Position numbers and translations under genes: made by a program
Notes under the pieces: generated by a model
Database searches by the model: none
Told to the model about the DNA's origin: nothing
What the model saw: the letters and a program-made list of their open reading frames with translations, nothing else
NCBI RefSeq assembly: GCF_001194135.2
Contig: NC_068981.1
Coordinates: forward strand, 93,055,591-93,119,113
From: Octopus bimaculoides
Lineage: Eukaryota
Direction of reading: 5' to 3'
DNA: 63,523 bases
In this document: piece after piece, positions 51,700-63,523 of the stretch
How positions within the stretch are numbered: position 1 is the stretch's first letter
Layout of the letters: each line of letters starts with the position of its first letter

Positions 51700-52440
51700 T
51701 TTATGAAAAAGAACATTGTATTGTCTTTTGAGTTCGCTGGGGTTCAGGTGTGTAGGGGTTAAATATGGGGCAACACGTGAACTTCTGTATGTATGTTTAG
51801 CTAGGGTGGTTTATTTTTCTCCGGGGTTGCTGGCGGTGATATGTCTTGTGCGAATGGATTATATGTGGCTTTGTTTCGGAAAAATGAGTAGGACGCTTGT
51901 GTTTTGTGCATGTATGGGATGATTGCGGGTCATTGGTTGTCTTTGTTTTTGATGGCTTCTTTGTTTGGAGTAACTGAGTAGGATGTTTGTGGTCTGTGTG
52001 TGTATGTTGTTCCTGCAGGTTTGGGGTTTTATTTGATAGTCTTTTTTATGAGTGCGAGGGGGCGTACCTTTCATTTTTCGTCTCTTTTTGTCCATCCGTA
52101 AGGGTTCTCCCCGAACAAGGTTAGTGGCGGTTCATTTGGGGTGTCAGTTTTGGTGCTCTCCACTTCCCTCTGTGACACCTTTCATGTAAGCTGCTTTATG
52201 GTGGTGCTCGTCGCCTTCTGCTTTCTTTCGGGTCGACAGTTGGTGGTGGGTTGATGGGTTGTTTCGTCGTTGTGCTGGTTGGATCCTCCTTGCTTTTTTT
52301 CGGGTCGTCAGACTGTGATGGGTTGCTTGGAGGAGGAGGTGCGTCTAGTTGTAGGACCTGTGGACGTCACGTGGTTTTTATGTGGCCCTTTTGCCCACCC
52401 TTAAAGTAAATTGGACTCTTACCCTCCACCATGACTCTTA
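51700..52440 (-). mobile_element. Possible 5' UTR/ORF1 fragment of a LINE
   Basis: GC-richer block with a strong A/C bias on the minus strand and disrupted K/P/T-rich frames. No diagnostic motif. Confidence 0.2.
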
Positions 52441-52772
52441 TATCCGTTCATATATATGAACTCATATATGTACGTATTTGTATGTATAGATATGTATGTG
52501 CATGTACAAAATAGTATATCTGATTAATTTATACTTATTATTTTTATTCAGAAGTGTTTCTTATTAACGAATGACCTACAGTTTCACTAAGACGTTTTCT
52601 AAGCGATCGTGATGAACGGATTCTATAATATTTAAATACAAACAAGTGTCTCTTATGGAATGAAACAAACAGAATTAACGTTTCTATATCTTTTTTATTG
52701 GCTTTCTTTCCGCCTCCTCTTATTGTGCTGCATCGCTCAAAAATAGTTCTCGCATTATTATAAGCAAAAGAA

Positions 52773-52965
52773 GGCGGTGAGCTGGCAGAAGTGGTTAGCA
52801 GTATTTCGTCTGCCGTTACGTTCTGAGTTCAAGCTCCGCCGATGTCGACTTTGCCTTTCATCTTTTCGGGGTTGATAAATTAAGTACTAGTTGCCTACTA
52901 CGATCGATCTAATCAATTGGCCCCCTCTCTCAAAATGTTCGTCGTTGTGCCTAGAGGAGAAAAGG
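52773..52965 (+). mobile_element. SINE family A, first of a head-to-tail pair
   Basis: Family motifs present. Flanked by an 18-bp near-identical duplication at 52755-52772 and 52966-52983. Confidence 0.85.
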
Positions 52966-52983
52966 TTATTACAAGCAAAAGAG

Positions 52984-53215
52984 GGCGGCGATCTGGGAGT
53001 ATCGTTAGCAGGCCGGGCGAAACACTTAGGGGTATTTCGTCTGTCGTTATATTCTGAGTTCAAATTCCGTCGAGGTCGATTTTGCCTGTCATCATTTCAG
53101 AGTCGGTTAAGTAAGTATCATTTACGCACTGAGATCAATGTAATTGACTTAACCCCTTTCTTTGTCCTTGTTTGTCCTCTCTGTGTTTAGCATCCTGTGG
53201 GCAATATTGAAATAA
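52984..53215 (+). mobile_element. SINE family A, second of the pair (tail type as at 20661)
   Basis: Family motifs plus the tail tttgtccttgtttgtcctctctgtgtttag. Confidence 0.85.
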
Positions 53216-53632
53216 ATATATTTATCTTTTATTAACAAACATGATTATCATAATTTTATATAAACTGTGATATAAGATATATTACTTTTGTTATGAATAT
53301 AGATATGTTTACTGTATTTAAATTGCTTCGTCTATAGAAAATTATGAAATTAGGTAAAACGTAAATATAGTAATTATATGCTTTCCATATATTAAAAGTT
53401 CTAAGCTATATATTTAATTTTTTATCACTTAAATCTGTAATTATCTTGAAAGTCCTACCCTCCTAGTCAATTCATTACAGGAAACAATTCCTTTCTCTGA
53501 GATTTAACTTTTAGAATAGGTAAAAAATTTACAGATTTCTGAATAATCTAATCGATCTTTTCAATTTAAGTATTTTCCTACCACCACAAGAAATATCTTG
53601 TAAATTGAAACTATTTCAGTAACTATATTTTG

Positions 53633-53675
<43 letters not shown>

Positions 53676-54034
53676 TATGTGTGTGTGAGTAGCTCTCTAT
53701 TAAATCTGTCTTATGGAAATAACTTATTGTTTTTAATGTCATATCTATTCATTATGACGGTATACAATGAAACAACTTACATTAACTCAATTATGCATTC
53801 TAAATAAAACATATACATTCTGCACTAACAATTTATTGAGTGTTTAATTGAAATCCAGTCATCTTGGTTTTTCATGGAGAAATACCAGAAATAAATATGT
53901 CTGTGTGTGAGACAAATTCTTCGCAAATGTGTGTATATGAGTATCTAGGTATGTGTCAGTATGTATTAGCGAATATCTATTTTTCATATTAAGTATTTAC
54001 ATAGACGACATAGCAATATGTTTAACAATATTGA

Positions 54035-54250
54035 GGCGGCGAGCTGGTTTAAATCGTTAACAAGCCGGGCAGAATGTTTAGCGGCATCTCGTCCGTCTTT
54101 GCGTTTTAAGTATAAATTCCGCTGTAGACGAGTTTTCCATTCATCCTATAGGAGTCGAGAAAATAAGTACCAGTTGAGCATTGGGTAGGTGTAATCGATT
54201 TCCCCCTCCCCCGAAATTACTGGTCTTGTGTCAAAATTTGAAACAAATAT
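54035..54250 (+). mobile_element. SINE family A
   Basis: ggcggcgagctgg head and aaataagtaccagttgagca core. Confidence 0.8.
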
Positions 54251-54292
54251 ATTTAACACGATATTTTATATGTATGCAACTATATATATATA

Positions 54293-54333
<41 letters not shown>

Positions 54334-55029
54334 ATGGATATAAAGAAGCTCACACACACGCATATATGTGTATGTTTGTGTATGCGTATGTCTGTGTATA
54401 CATAAGAAGATAGATAGATAGACAAACATATACAATCTCTCATACATGCTTATTTACCTAAGAAACCTCAGAACCAATGGCGTAATTTAAACATATTATA
54501 TAGAAGAAAAGAAACTTCCTTGTAATTCAAAGGCTTTCATGTGGTCATTCTTAAGAATCAAATATTGATTATTCGGCAAAGTAAACAAAAACATTGTAGA
54601 ATAAGCTTTACATTTGAATATAAATTTCGATTTCATATTCCAGCAAACATGGTTTCTTTATAGCTTTTGTCGTGTATTTTTAAATAAAAGAAAAGCATTA
54701 TTATTTCCACAGAATGAATCAAGCATGATTTTTGTACTCCGTGATCATAGTCTTTGAAAATAGCTTTCAAGGAACATCAGGATGGCGTCAAGATGTAATC
54801 GAAATTGTGTTTCATCTTCAATTCACTGCCTTTTCATATTGTCAATGCTGTGATAAATAATAATTTTAATTGTATATTTTCCTTAATGCTGGGAATAATA
54901 ATAGTGATAGAAAAAATACATATATCTTACTTATAAATAAGGTTGTCAAAGTTGAAAACAAGAGAGTTACGTTATTCTGATTTCACTAGCGGGCGCATTC
55001 TGGAAATTTCGTGATATGTGCTGATGTCA

Positions 55030-55520
55030 AGATGGACGACTAACACTCATTTCGTTTATTGAGGCATGTAAACTTCCAGCAATTACAATAAAGCAATAAC
55101 AGCCAAGCTTTTCGTACTAAGTGTAATCTGATTCCGGCTTCTTTCTGCCTTTGTTTCTCCTTTTGCACGTTCCAATTATTACACATTTCCCTTTCGTTGG
55201 TCTTGTAATGTTTTGTAAAATTCGAATTTACGGAGGAAAGATTAATTCCTCATTGTAGATGGATCCCTCGTTACTGAAGGTGGTACACTTTTCACAAAAT
55301 ATATAATCCTATTTTCACTGCCTTCTTTTCTTTTGATGTTTCACTGTAACGCAAATGTCAGTCTCACAAATCGGATGGCGTGTTAATGCAGTCAGAATGA
55401 AATCAGTGTCATCCATTTCTTCATATTGTCGTTCCCTTCCTATCTCCACTTTATTGTTAGCTCCGGTGGTGAATATTGAAGAAGAGTGCCACTTCACTGA
55501 CTCATGGAAATGAGGACGTG
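55030..55520 (-). mobile_element. Tentative PLE GIY-YIG relic
   Basis: HPICETDIC, YIFCEKC....IYNEE and a terminal LNKRNE occur in the expected order. Very degenerate. Confidence 0.3.
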
Positions 55521-56510
55521 ACGATTTTTCTCAGACATATCTATATTTCAACGTGTGTGCCTCAAGTATCATCAATCTGATTTAGTTGTTGCCGTTGCTT
55601 TTACTTATCTTCTTTGAAACTTGAGCAAAATGACCTTAAACGATTTCATTACCTCACATATCTTCCTTACATTTCTTAGTTAAAAGCATTCCTGTTAGCT
55701 TCAGATCCAGAGCACAAGATTGGATTGTTGTGTGGCTTTGCTTAAACGTGAAAACTTGCACAGTACTGCTACATCATACAATCGCGTACTCCAGAGAGTG
55801 TGGTGTGGGTACTTAACACCTTACACGAAGGTTAACACAAAAGTATTGAACGACTATCAACTATGTACTTGATGGCATCCCTTGTATTTTATCTTCCCAT
55901 ACGTTGTAGAATTAGCTTTCGGAGAGCTGAGTCTAGTGCTATTATAGTTTAACTTTACACTACTTTTTTGATTTGTCTAGACTACGTGTATTCTACAATA
56001 CTCCTCGCCTTTTGCTGTACAGGGGGTATTACTCTTCGTGTCTGCGAACGATGCAGCTAATTACAGGACGTCTGTGAAATCGGCAAGGAAGTATGTTAAC
56101 CTTCTTCTCACCAGTGCCTAGTTCATAAGTTCAAGCAGAGACCAGCCCGTCTTATGAGGAAATACCTCCATGCAGTTTATCCCTGCTGAAAAGATTCACA
56201 CTTAGGGTTCACATATAGGTGAATATAATTGCACATTAGATATTTTGTTTGTCTTCTCAAAACATATGCTAATTTAGTTATTCAGTTGTTTCCTGTTAAT
56301 GTCATGGTAAGTTTTGCTGAATTACTACAGTTTACATTACGTACAACTTGTATATGAGAGTATTCATTGATTTTTGTTTAGATTTTTTTTTCCTTTAGAG
56401 TTGATACAGTTTAGCTCTATTGGAAAGTATTCGAATGGAGTCACACGTAAATTACAGCGTTATTTGGAACAGGAACATTTTCCAGTTAGAAAGAAGGGAT
56501 TCCAAAAAAT

Positions 56511-56533
56511 ACTACTACTACTACTACTATTAC

Positions 56534-56578
<45 letters not shown>

Positions 56579-56670
56579 CAACAGCAACAACAACAATAAC
56601 AATAATAATAATGATAGTATTGTTTTTGTTATTATAATCATCATTATTTTTATTACTATTATTATTATAA
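56511..56670. repeat. Compound (CTA)n-(AAT)n-(AAC)n trinucleotide array
   Basis: Direct reading. It explains the poly-L/poly-I ORFs in the track. Confidence 0.9.
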
Positions 56671-56674
56671 TTAA

Positions 56675-56878
56675 TGTTTTTAAATTTTGGCACAAGGCCA
56701 GCATTTTCGGGAGGAGGGATACATTGACCCCAGTGTTCAACTGGTACTTATTTTATCGATTCCGCAATGATGAAACGCAAAGTCGACCTCAACGGATTTT
56801 GAACTCAGAAGGTAAAGTAAGGCGAAATATAGTTAAGCATTTCGCCCACCATGTTAACGATTCTGACAGGTCGCGGTC
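56675..56878 (-). mobile_element. SINE family A (tandem pair, copy 1)
   Basis: Reverse complement carries the family core. Confidence 0.8.
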
Positions 56879-56894
56879 TTACTAATCATAATAA

Positions 56895-57110
56895 TAATCC
56901 TTTCTACTATAGGCACGAGGCCTGACATTTGTGGGGGAGGGGGCTAGTCGATCACATCGACCCCAGTGCTCGACTGGTACTTATTTCATCGACCCCGAAG
57001 GGTGAAAGGCAACGTCGACCTCAGCGTAATTTGAACTCAGAACATAAAGATAGACGAAATGCCGCTAAGTATTCTGCCTGGCTGGCTAACAATTCTGCCA
57101 GCTCGCCGCC
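56895..57110 (-). mobile_element. SINE family A (tandem pair, copy 2)
   Basis: Ends ...ttctgccagctcgccgcc, the reverse complement of the family head. Confidence 0.85.
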
Positions 57111-58672
57111 TTCAACATATCATAATATTAATAGCCGAAACAACAACAACAATAATTGCTCATTTATTGCCATAAGGCCTGAATTAAAGTTTGGCATATG
57201 AAAGGAAATGTCATTGGACAGGCCATTCAAAGGAGATGATATGCTCGCCGCGCAGCCAACTATCGCTGCTCATATTTCCACGACTTATGTAGGTTTTCTG
57301 TAACAATCATCCTCTCTTGCCGTAGAATTACGGCAAGCCATCTAGGTATGCACTGAAATCCATTCCATGTTCTATCCCATCATTTGTCCGAAAGAGTCAG
57401 TCGAGCTGCTGCTGAAAAGTTTACATATCTGCTTGATTTCGAGATACATGCGCCAGTTATCTTTTTTCTTAGTTTCCCTAACTTTTCCTAAGTTACTAAA
57501 TCTCCCGCTATTCTATTTCCTCTAATGCTGAGACCTTACTATACTTACTATATGTTTTGTTTGGGATGCTCTTCATATTGCTTTTGCGTAGTTTGTAATG
57601 TTGGTGGTGTTTATAGTAACAGAGACGCTTGTTGTGTTATTGTTGGGAGTGTAAATGTCTGATTTTGCATCGGTTTGTGTGTTTCTTCTTAGCTGCTCGA
57701 TTTTAGTTTGGTGCAATGATATTCAACTCCCAATTTTGTTTCATTTCCCCATCACAATTTGTCATTTTAGTCACTCATGCAAACTGATTTGGGTGTTAAC
57801 AGTAGGTGAACTTTGTGACGAACAGAAGGGATATCTTTGCGGACTTGAGTATATCTGCGCCTTTCGTTTGACGGACTGGTGTGGATGAGGTTATTTTGGA
57901 TTACGGTGGTGGTGGCGATACATCTTTCTAAACTATGGTTTTGGCGTCTACATTTGTTTCTGAAAAAGTCTTTCTTGGAGAATTTGGCGATGTTGTTGCT
58001 GCTTTTGATGCTGTTATTGTTAGTCTGGTGCTGTTGATGTAACGTCTGCTTTTGTGCTGAAGGAGTCAACAGCAGCTTCGGTACCTAAACAATTACTCTT
58101 TCCCTGTCTGTAGTCTTATAGAATATACATCTTATTTTATTATGTTCTTTGTTATCCCATCACAAAAATGAAGTTATCTAAATCTCGTGGTACCGCAACC
58201 ACCTTATTTTGACCCCTTTCTAACTGAGATATGTTCGAAGCAAGAGCGGTTTGTCTATCTTTCGTATTGTAGTTGTGTTTTCCTTCGCTTCTTATTCGAT
58301 TTCAAATCACACCTCAATTGTGGAAAACCGTCTAACTTGAATAACATAGGTTTTTATGTGTTAAATTGTTCTAGGAAACATTTCACTTTTGGGCCTGCAT
58401 CGCTCACTCACATCACAATGTCTTCGTTGTAAATAACACATTTATATTTGGGTTTCATCTTAACATTTGTGGCAGCGTGTTTATCTTTATTGTTCTGCTG
58501 CTTTTGATAAGATGCATTTTTGCATATCTTAGTTATTTTGACAGATAGATTGTCTCTAGCCTTGAGAAACCGTTTCCAATTTCTTTGCCGCCCAACATGT
58601 TTACCGTATTTTATTATATTAAAGTTTGAGCTGTTATTATTAATGGTGGTCTTGCGTGTCACTATAGTTCCT

Positions 58673-58698
58673 ATTGTTGTTGTTGTTCTTGTTGTTGC

Positions 58699-58744
<46 letters not shown>

Positions 58745-58800
58745 GGTGGTGGTGTTCTTGTTCTTGTTATTGCTGCTGCTATTGTTGATATTGTTGTTTG
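58673..58800. repeat. (GTT)n-(GGT)n trinucleotide array
   Basis: Direct reading. Confidence 0.9.
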
Positions 58801-59164
58801 TTGCGGTATGAAGTACTGAGGTAGAGTTCGTTTCCTGTTCTTCGTTTGTACTTTTGTTGGTGTTCTGGTCGTTACTATTCTTTGTCATATATTCTCTGTT
58901 ATCTGCACTAGATAATGGTTGGAAACAATTTTCATAATGGCTCTTCCAAGAACCATATTCTCTCTCAAGTTCAGAAACCATACGCTTTCTTTTTTTATTT
59001 AAAGATTCGAATTTTCGGCCCAAAGGAACGAATATTTCATGATGCAAATTAGCCTATGAAGATGCCTGTTGGCTTCGTAAAAAAATTGTACAACCAAACC
59101 AAAATTTATTTTCTTGAAACCAACTAAATTAAGTAACAGAAAAAGCGCTCCATAATAATAATAA

Positions 59165-59360
59165 TACTTTCTTCTATAGGCACAAGGCCTGAAATTAGAG
59201 AGTAAGTGACTAATCGATTACCTTTGACCCCAGTGCTCAAATGGTAATTAATTCATCAACCCTGAAAGGATGAGAAGCAAATCGACCTCGGTAGAATTTG
59301 AACTCAGAACTTTACGGTAAGCTTTTCGGTCGGCATGCTAACGAATCTGCCAGCTTGCTA
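59165..59360 (-). mobile_element. SINE family A, decayed
   Basis: Reverse complement carries gagttcaaattc and the core remnant. Confidence 0.75.
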
Positions 59361-59429
59361 TCTAAAGGAAATTGTAGAGATAACAAGTTGAGTAGAAAAC
59401 AGTAATAATGCTTAACCGGCAGATAACGT

Positions 59430-62400
59430 GCCTAGCAGGGAAATAGAAATTAATGGCGACGTTGGCGCTCTCAGCAAACGAAGCAGAAGTAATGGAAAGT
59501 GCTATATCACAATATCACGATGATGATCAAAAAGATTTAGACACAATGATGTGCCCATATATTAGAGAAGACCAGGATCAAACAACCCCCAATCTGAGGT
59601 ACATTGATCGATGCAAGCTCAAGGCTAAACTCGAAAGGATAGATTCTGTTCTTGGACTATTCCAGACGGGAAATATAACTGAAAATAACAAAATTATTTT
59701 GGCTGCAGCTATGGTTGCTGCAGATACAAAAGAAGAGAGAACAAACAGAACGTAAAGAACCATACTGGGGTAGACGAATTTGTGAGAAAGAAACAAAGTT
59801 AAAAAGACATTGAAGACAAGTTAAAAAGACATTCAAGACTGAAAAGAGGAGAATTGCAGAACGAAAGCATAAGAATAAGACTGAAAAGAACATATAGCAT
59901 AAGTGATAAATGGTATGATGTGATATTGGTAGAATTGAAAGAAAGAGTAGTGGCAATCAAAGAAAAACTGGAAATATATGACAATAGAACAAAACAATTT
60001 TAGGAAAAACAGAGCTTGTACCGAAAACCAGTTGGCGGAGAATCCGCCTGGGGTTAAACTAGATGTAACATTCATCTGCCACTTTGATGTGGCTACTTGG
60101 TTTACTCTTTAGATGTTTTGAAACAAATCAGAAAAAAACTGTTTCAGGAAATAGTCCGCAATTACACATGACAATGATGTCAGGTGCCGAGGAAAGCAGG
60201 GTATTTTGGGGAAGTATCTGGGACCAACCTGTAAAGCATAATGATGAAGCGGAGTGGCTGCATGAAATCGAAGATGAGTTAAGAAATATAGATGGCCAAG
60301 ACAACATAAAAATGACTACAGAGATGATAAAAAAAACAGTTAAGGAAATTCCCAAATTGGAATAGCCCAGGACCGGATGGAGTCCAAGGATGAAGAAGGC
60401 TCCATGAAAGGATAGCGCAACAGTTAAATGAGTGCTCGCATGAAGGCGCAGTGCCCAGCAGGATGACAAAGGGAAAGACATTGTTATGTGCCAAGAAAAG
60501 AGTAATGTTGCATACACCTTTCGACCAATAATGTGTCTTCTGCTAATGTGGAGACTGTTGTCAGATGCTTTGGCCAGTTAACTGTATAGATACTTAGAAA
60601 CAAGTGAGCTGCTAACTATTGAACAGAAAGAATACCGAAAGAGGAGGCGGAGAACTCAAGATTAGCTGTTAATTGATAATCTAATTATCAGAAACTGCAA
60701 AAGAAGACACACAAACTTGATCATGGCATGAATTGACTATCATAAAACATACGATATTATATCACATACATGGATAACAAGAACAATGGAAATGTATGGA
60801 GTAGCAGTCTTATATTGAACAGTATGAAATGTTGGAGAACTGAATTGACAACAGGGAGTCAGGTACTAGGAGAGGTGAAAATCAAGAGAGAAATCTTCCA
60901 GAGAGACAGCGAGTACCAATTGATATTTGCGTTGGGAATGATCCCATTGAGTAAAACACCACAGAAGACAAAGTTGGGGGTATGATCTGGGAAACATAAG
61001 AGAAAACTGAACCATCTGCTATTCATGGACGACTTGAAGTTATTCAGAAAAAGTGAAGCAGGACTGGATAGTTTAGTTCAATCTGTGCGGATTTTCTCGA
61101 ATGATATTAAGATGGAGTTAGGACTCTCAAAATGGGTTACAGTGGTAATGATACAGGACAGAAGGCATATGGATGCCAAATGGTGAAAAGATGAATCCAA
61201 TCCAGTTATAAATACCTGGGAATACTTGCGGCAGATGGAATTAAACGCAACAATATGACGGAAAAGATAAAGAAAGAGTACCTGTGGCGAGTGAGAGAAA
61301 TATTGGCTTCAAAGCTGAATGCCAGAAACATAATTTCGGCAATAAACACGCTCAGTCAAAGAAGTTGGATATGCCGCTGGAATCCTTAAGTGGGCAGGCG
61401 AAGAGCTAAAGCAGTTGGACAGGAAGACAAGAATGCTCCAGACGATACATGGAACCTATCATCCATGTGTTGACACTGATCGCTAATACATGAAGAGAGC
61501 AATGGGAGGAAGGGGACTGATCAGTGTTGAAGAATGCGTACGTGTCGAACTCGAGAGCTTAATGAGACACCTAGCCCAAACTAAAGAAACACAGCTAGTG
61601 TCTGTTAGGAATGAGGAAGTATTGAAAGCAGAGAGAAAAAGAAAAACAAAAGAAGTACAAAAAGGACATGAAGAAGCATTACGCAACAAGGGATTACACA
61701 ATCAATTCCGCGCAGCCACAACCGAAGTTGCTGAAAAAAATAGGTGGGATTCACTGAAGAAAGGAACACAACAAAAAGAGACTGAGAGCGCTGTAGGGCA
61801 GCGAAAGATAAATCTTTGGCCACGAATTGAAGGGTCAACCTTATGAATGAGTAAGTGTCTTCGCTGTGCTGCATCTAAAATAGAGTGGACGAAACCATTG
61901 CCCATATCATGAACTAATGCCCTAGACTTGCCTCAAACTACTACAAGTTGTGACGACACGATAAGGTAGCGAAAGTGCTACATTGGAAACTGAGGGGGAC
62001 ACAGGGAGGCAAGACGTGGTATGAGCACAAGCTGCAGAAAGTGGCGGAGTCAGAGACTTTCAAAATGCTCTGGGATTTCCCAATCCAAACAAATCAGGAG
62101 CTTGCGCATAACGGACCGGACCTAGTAATGGTAGACAATAGAAGAAAAGTGAAAGAAAAAGATGAATACAATCCTTTTAAGTTAAAAATAGCCCTGCTAT
62201 GGAAAATGAAGGCGGTAAAGAAAGTGATAATTGTTGTTGGGTCGTTGGGGACAGTATCAGAAGGCATCAAGAGGAATATAAAGGAAATTGGAACAGAGTG
62301 ACCAGTAGAACTGTTACAAAAGATTTGCCTCCTTGGCACCGCCAGAATAATCAGGGAAATATTAGTGGAAAAGAACTGATATCATGGTACCGTAGGCTGA

Positions 62401-62460
62401 AGGTAGCAAGCCCGCTACACATGTGCGACTCTAGGAGGTTCATGAAAACCTGAGAGAAAA
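59430..62460 (+). mobile_element. R4/Dong-clade non-LTR retrotransposon, largely complete ORF but heavily decayed
   Basis: SPGPDG, IDYHKTYD, REIFQRDS, HLLFMDDLK (61019-61039), MGGRGLISVEECV, CCHC knuckle remnant (CRCA...HI...HDKVAKVLHW) and RLE region LWDFPIQT...PDLVMVD...IVVGSLG...QKICLLGTARIIR. Confidence 0.9.
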
Positions 62461-62467
62461 AGAAATT

Positions 62468-62497
62468 AATAAGAATAATAATAACAGCAACAGCAAC

Positions 62498-62587
<90 letters not shown>

Positions 62588-62609
62588 TAATAATAATGAT
62601 AATAATAAT

Positions 62610-62674
<65 letters not shown>
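62468..62674. repeat. Long (AAT)n array at the 3' end of the R4/Dong element
   Basis: Direct reading. Confidence 0.95.
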
Positions 62675-62675
<1 letters not shown>

Positions 62676-62845
62676 GAGGTCCTACAGAAACTTTGTCTCT
62701 TAAGGACAGCAAGGATTATCAGGAGTGCTCTAAGCACTTGAAAGACAGCTGAAAAACTTGCGGCTATCTAAGGTTACAGGTACTCACCCGCTACCCACAT
62801 AAATCCTACTAGGAATACGACCAAACCTGAGGAAAACCAAAACTA
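62675..62845 (+). mobile_element. Short 3'-end fragment of a second R4/Dong-type element
   Basis: VLQKLCLLRTARIIRSALST* parallels QKICLLGTARIIR at 62315-62355. Followed by trinucleotide repeats. Confidence 0.75.
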
Positions 62846-63523
62846 ACAATGATGATAATGACGACGACGACGACGACGACGGTGACGACGACGACGACGA
62901 CGGTGACGACGATAATGGTGATGATTTGAGCAGTGTTGTTTATGATCTTAAAAATGAATATGGGTTAGAATACTCTTTGGTCTCTACATATGTAGACAGG
63001 ACACAAAATCGATGTTGTGTAGGTAATGGTATTTCTAATAAATCTTCAGAAAAATTCATTTGAAGCAGCTGCAACACTAACATGTACACACACTCTAACA
63101 CACACGTACGCATGCACACGCACACACACACACACACACACATTACATCAACCATTGCTACATGTTTAAGACAAACGCAGTAAAATCGTGATATATCGGA
63201 AGGTGTTCCAACAGAACCTACTGGTTTTTTTCTGTATGTTTAACTGTAAAAATACTTACAGTAGATTATCCACTCTTTTTGACAAGGGCACCTGGATATC
63301 GTTGGTTTCGAAGATGCTGGTAAATAATTTCTAACAGAAAACCAGAGAACCTATATATGTTATCTTTCACATTAATGTCAGAACCTTTAAGAATAGGATG
63401 ATAACATAAATGTTAATGAATCATATCGAGGTGTATCTACGTCTAACTGCATAGTTTAAAGAGAGAGAGATGAATTTGCTCTCATAACCGCCGTTACAAT
63501 AAAGGATAAAATTCAAGAAAAAG

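Noticed and set aside
56374-62712. Poly-L, poly-I, poly-N and poly-V ORFs
   Set aside because: They are translations of trinucleotide microsatellites.

Overview
This is eukaryotic, AT-rich, microsatellite-laden DNA with 11 N-gaps. It is almost certainly from a cephalopod (Octopus-like), judged from the SINE families, transposon families and repeat style; that assignment is an inference, as no search was run. I find no confidently supported host gene, rRNA, tRNA or CRISPR array. The window is a transposable-element graveyard. It holds two large R4/Dong-type RLE LINE relics tied to (TAA)n arrays, a near-full-length decayed RTE LINE, two CR1/Jockey-group RT relics, five mariner relics, two DD37D(maT)-type relics and about 14 SINE copies. 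It also holds many Penelope-like element (PLE) relics that the ORF track mostly hides: three clear Naiad-like copies, two tentative ones and one Neptune-like copy. The most interesting signals are PLE-related: a minimal dimer-type hammerhead-like motif at 11485-11521, a 142-bp plus 86-bp interleaved inverted-repeat structure at 29036-29806 that contains a second hammerhead core, and the Naiad-like RT-thumb/Zn-finger/GIY-YIG relic at 41714-42480. Most long ORFs in the track are artefacts of N-runs or microsatellites. I did not find a clearly new biological system.
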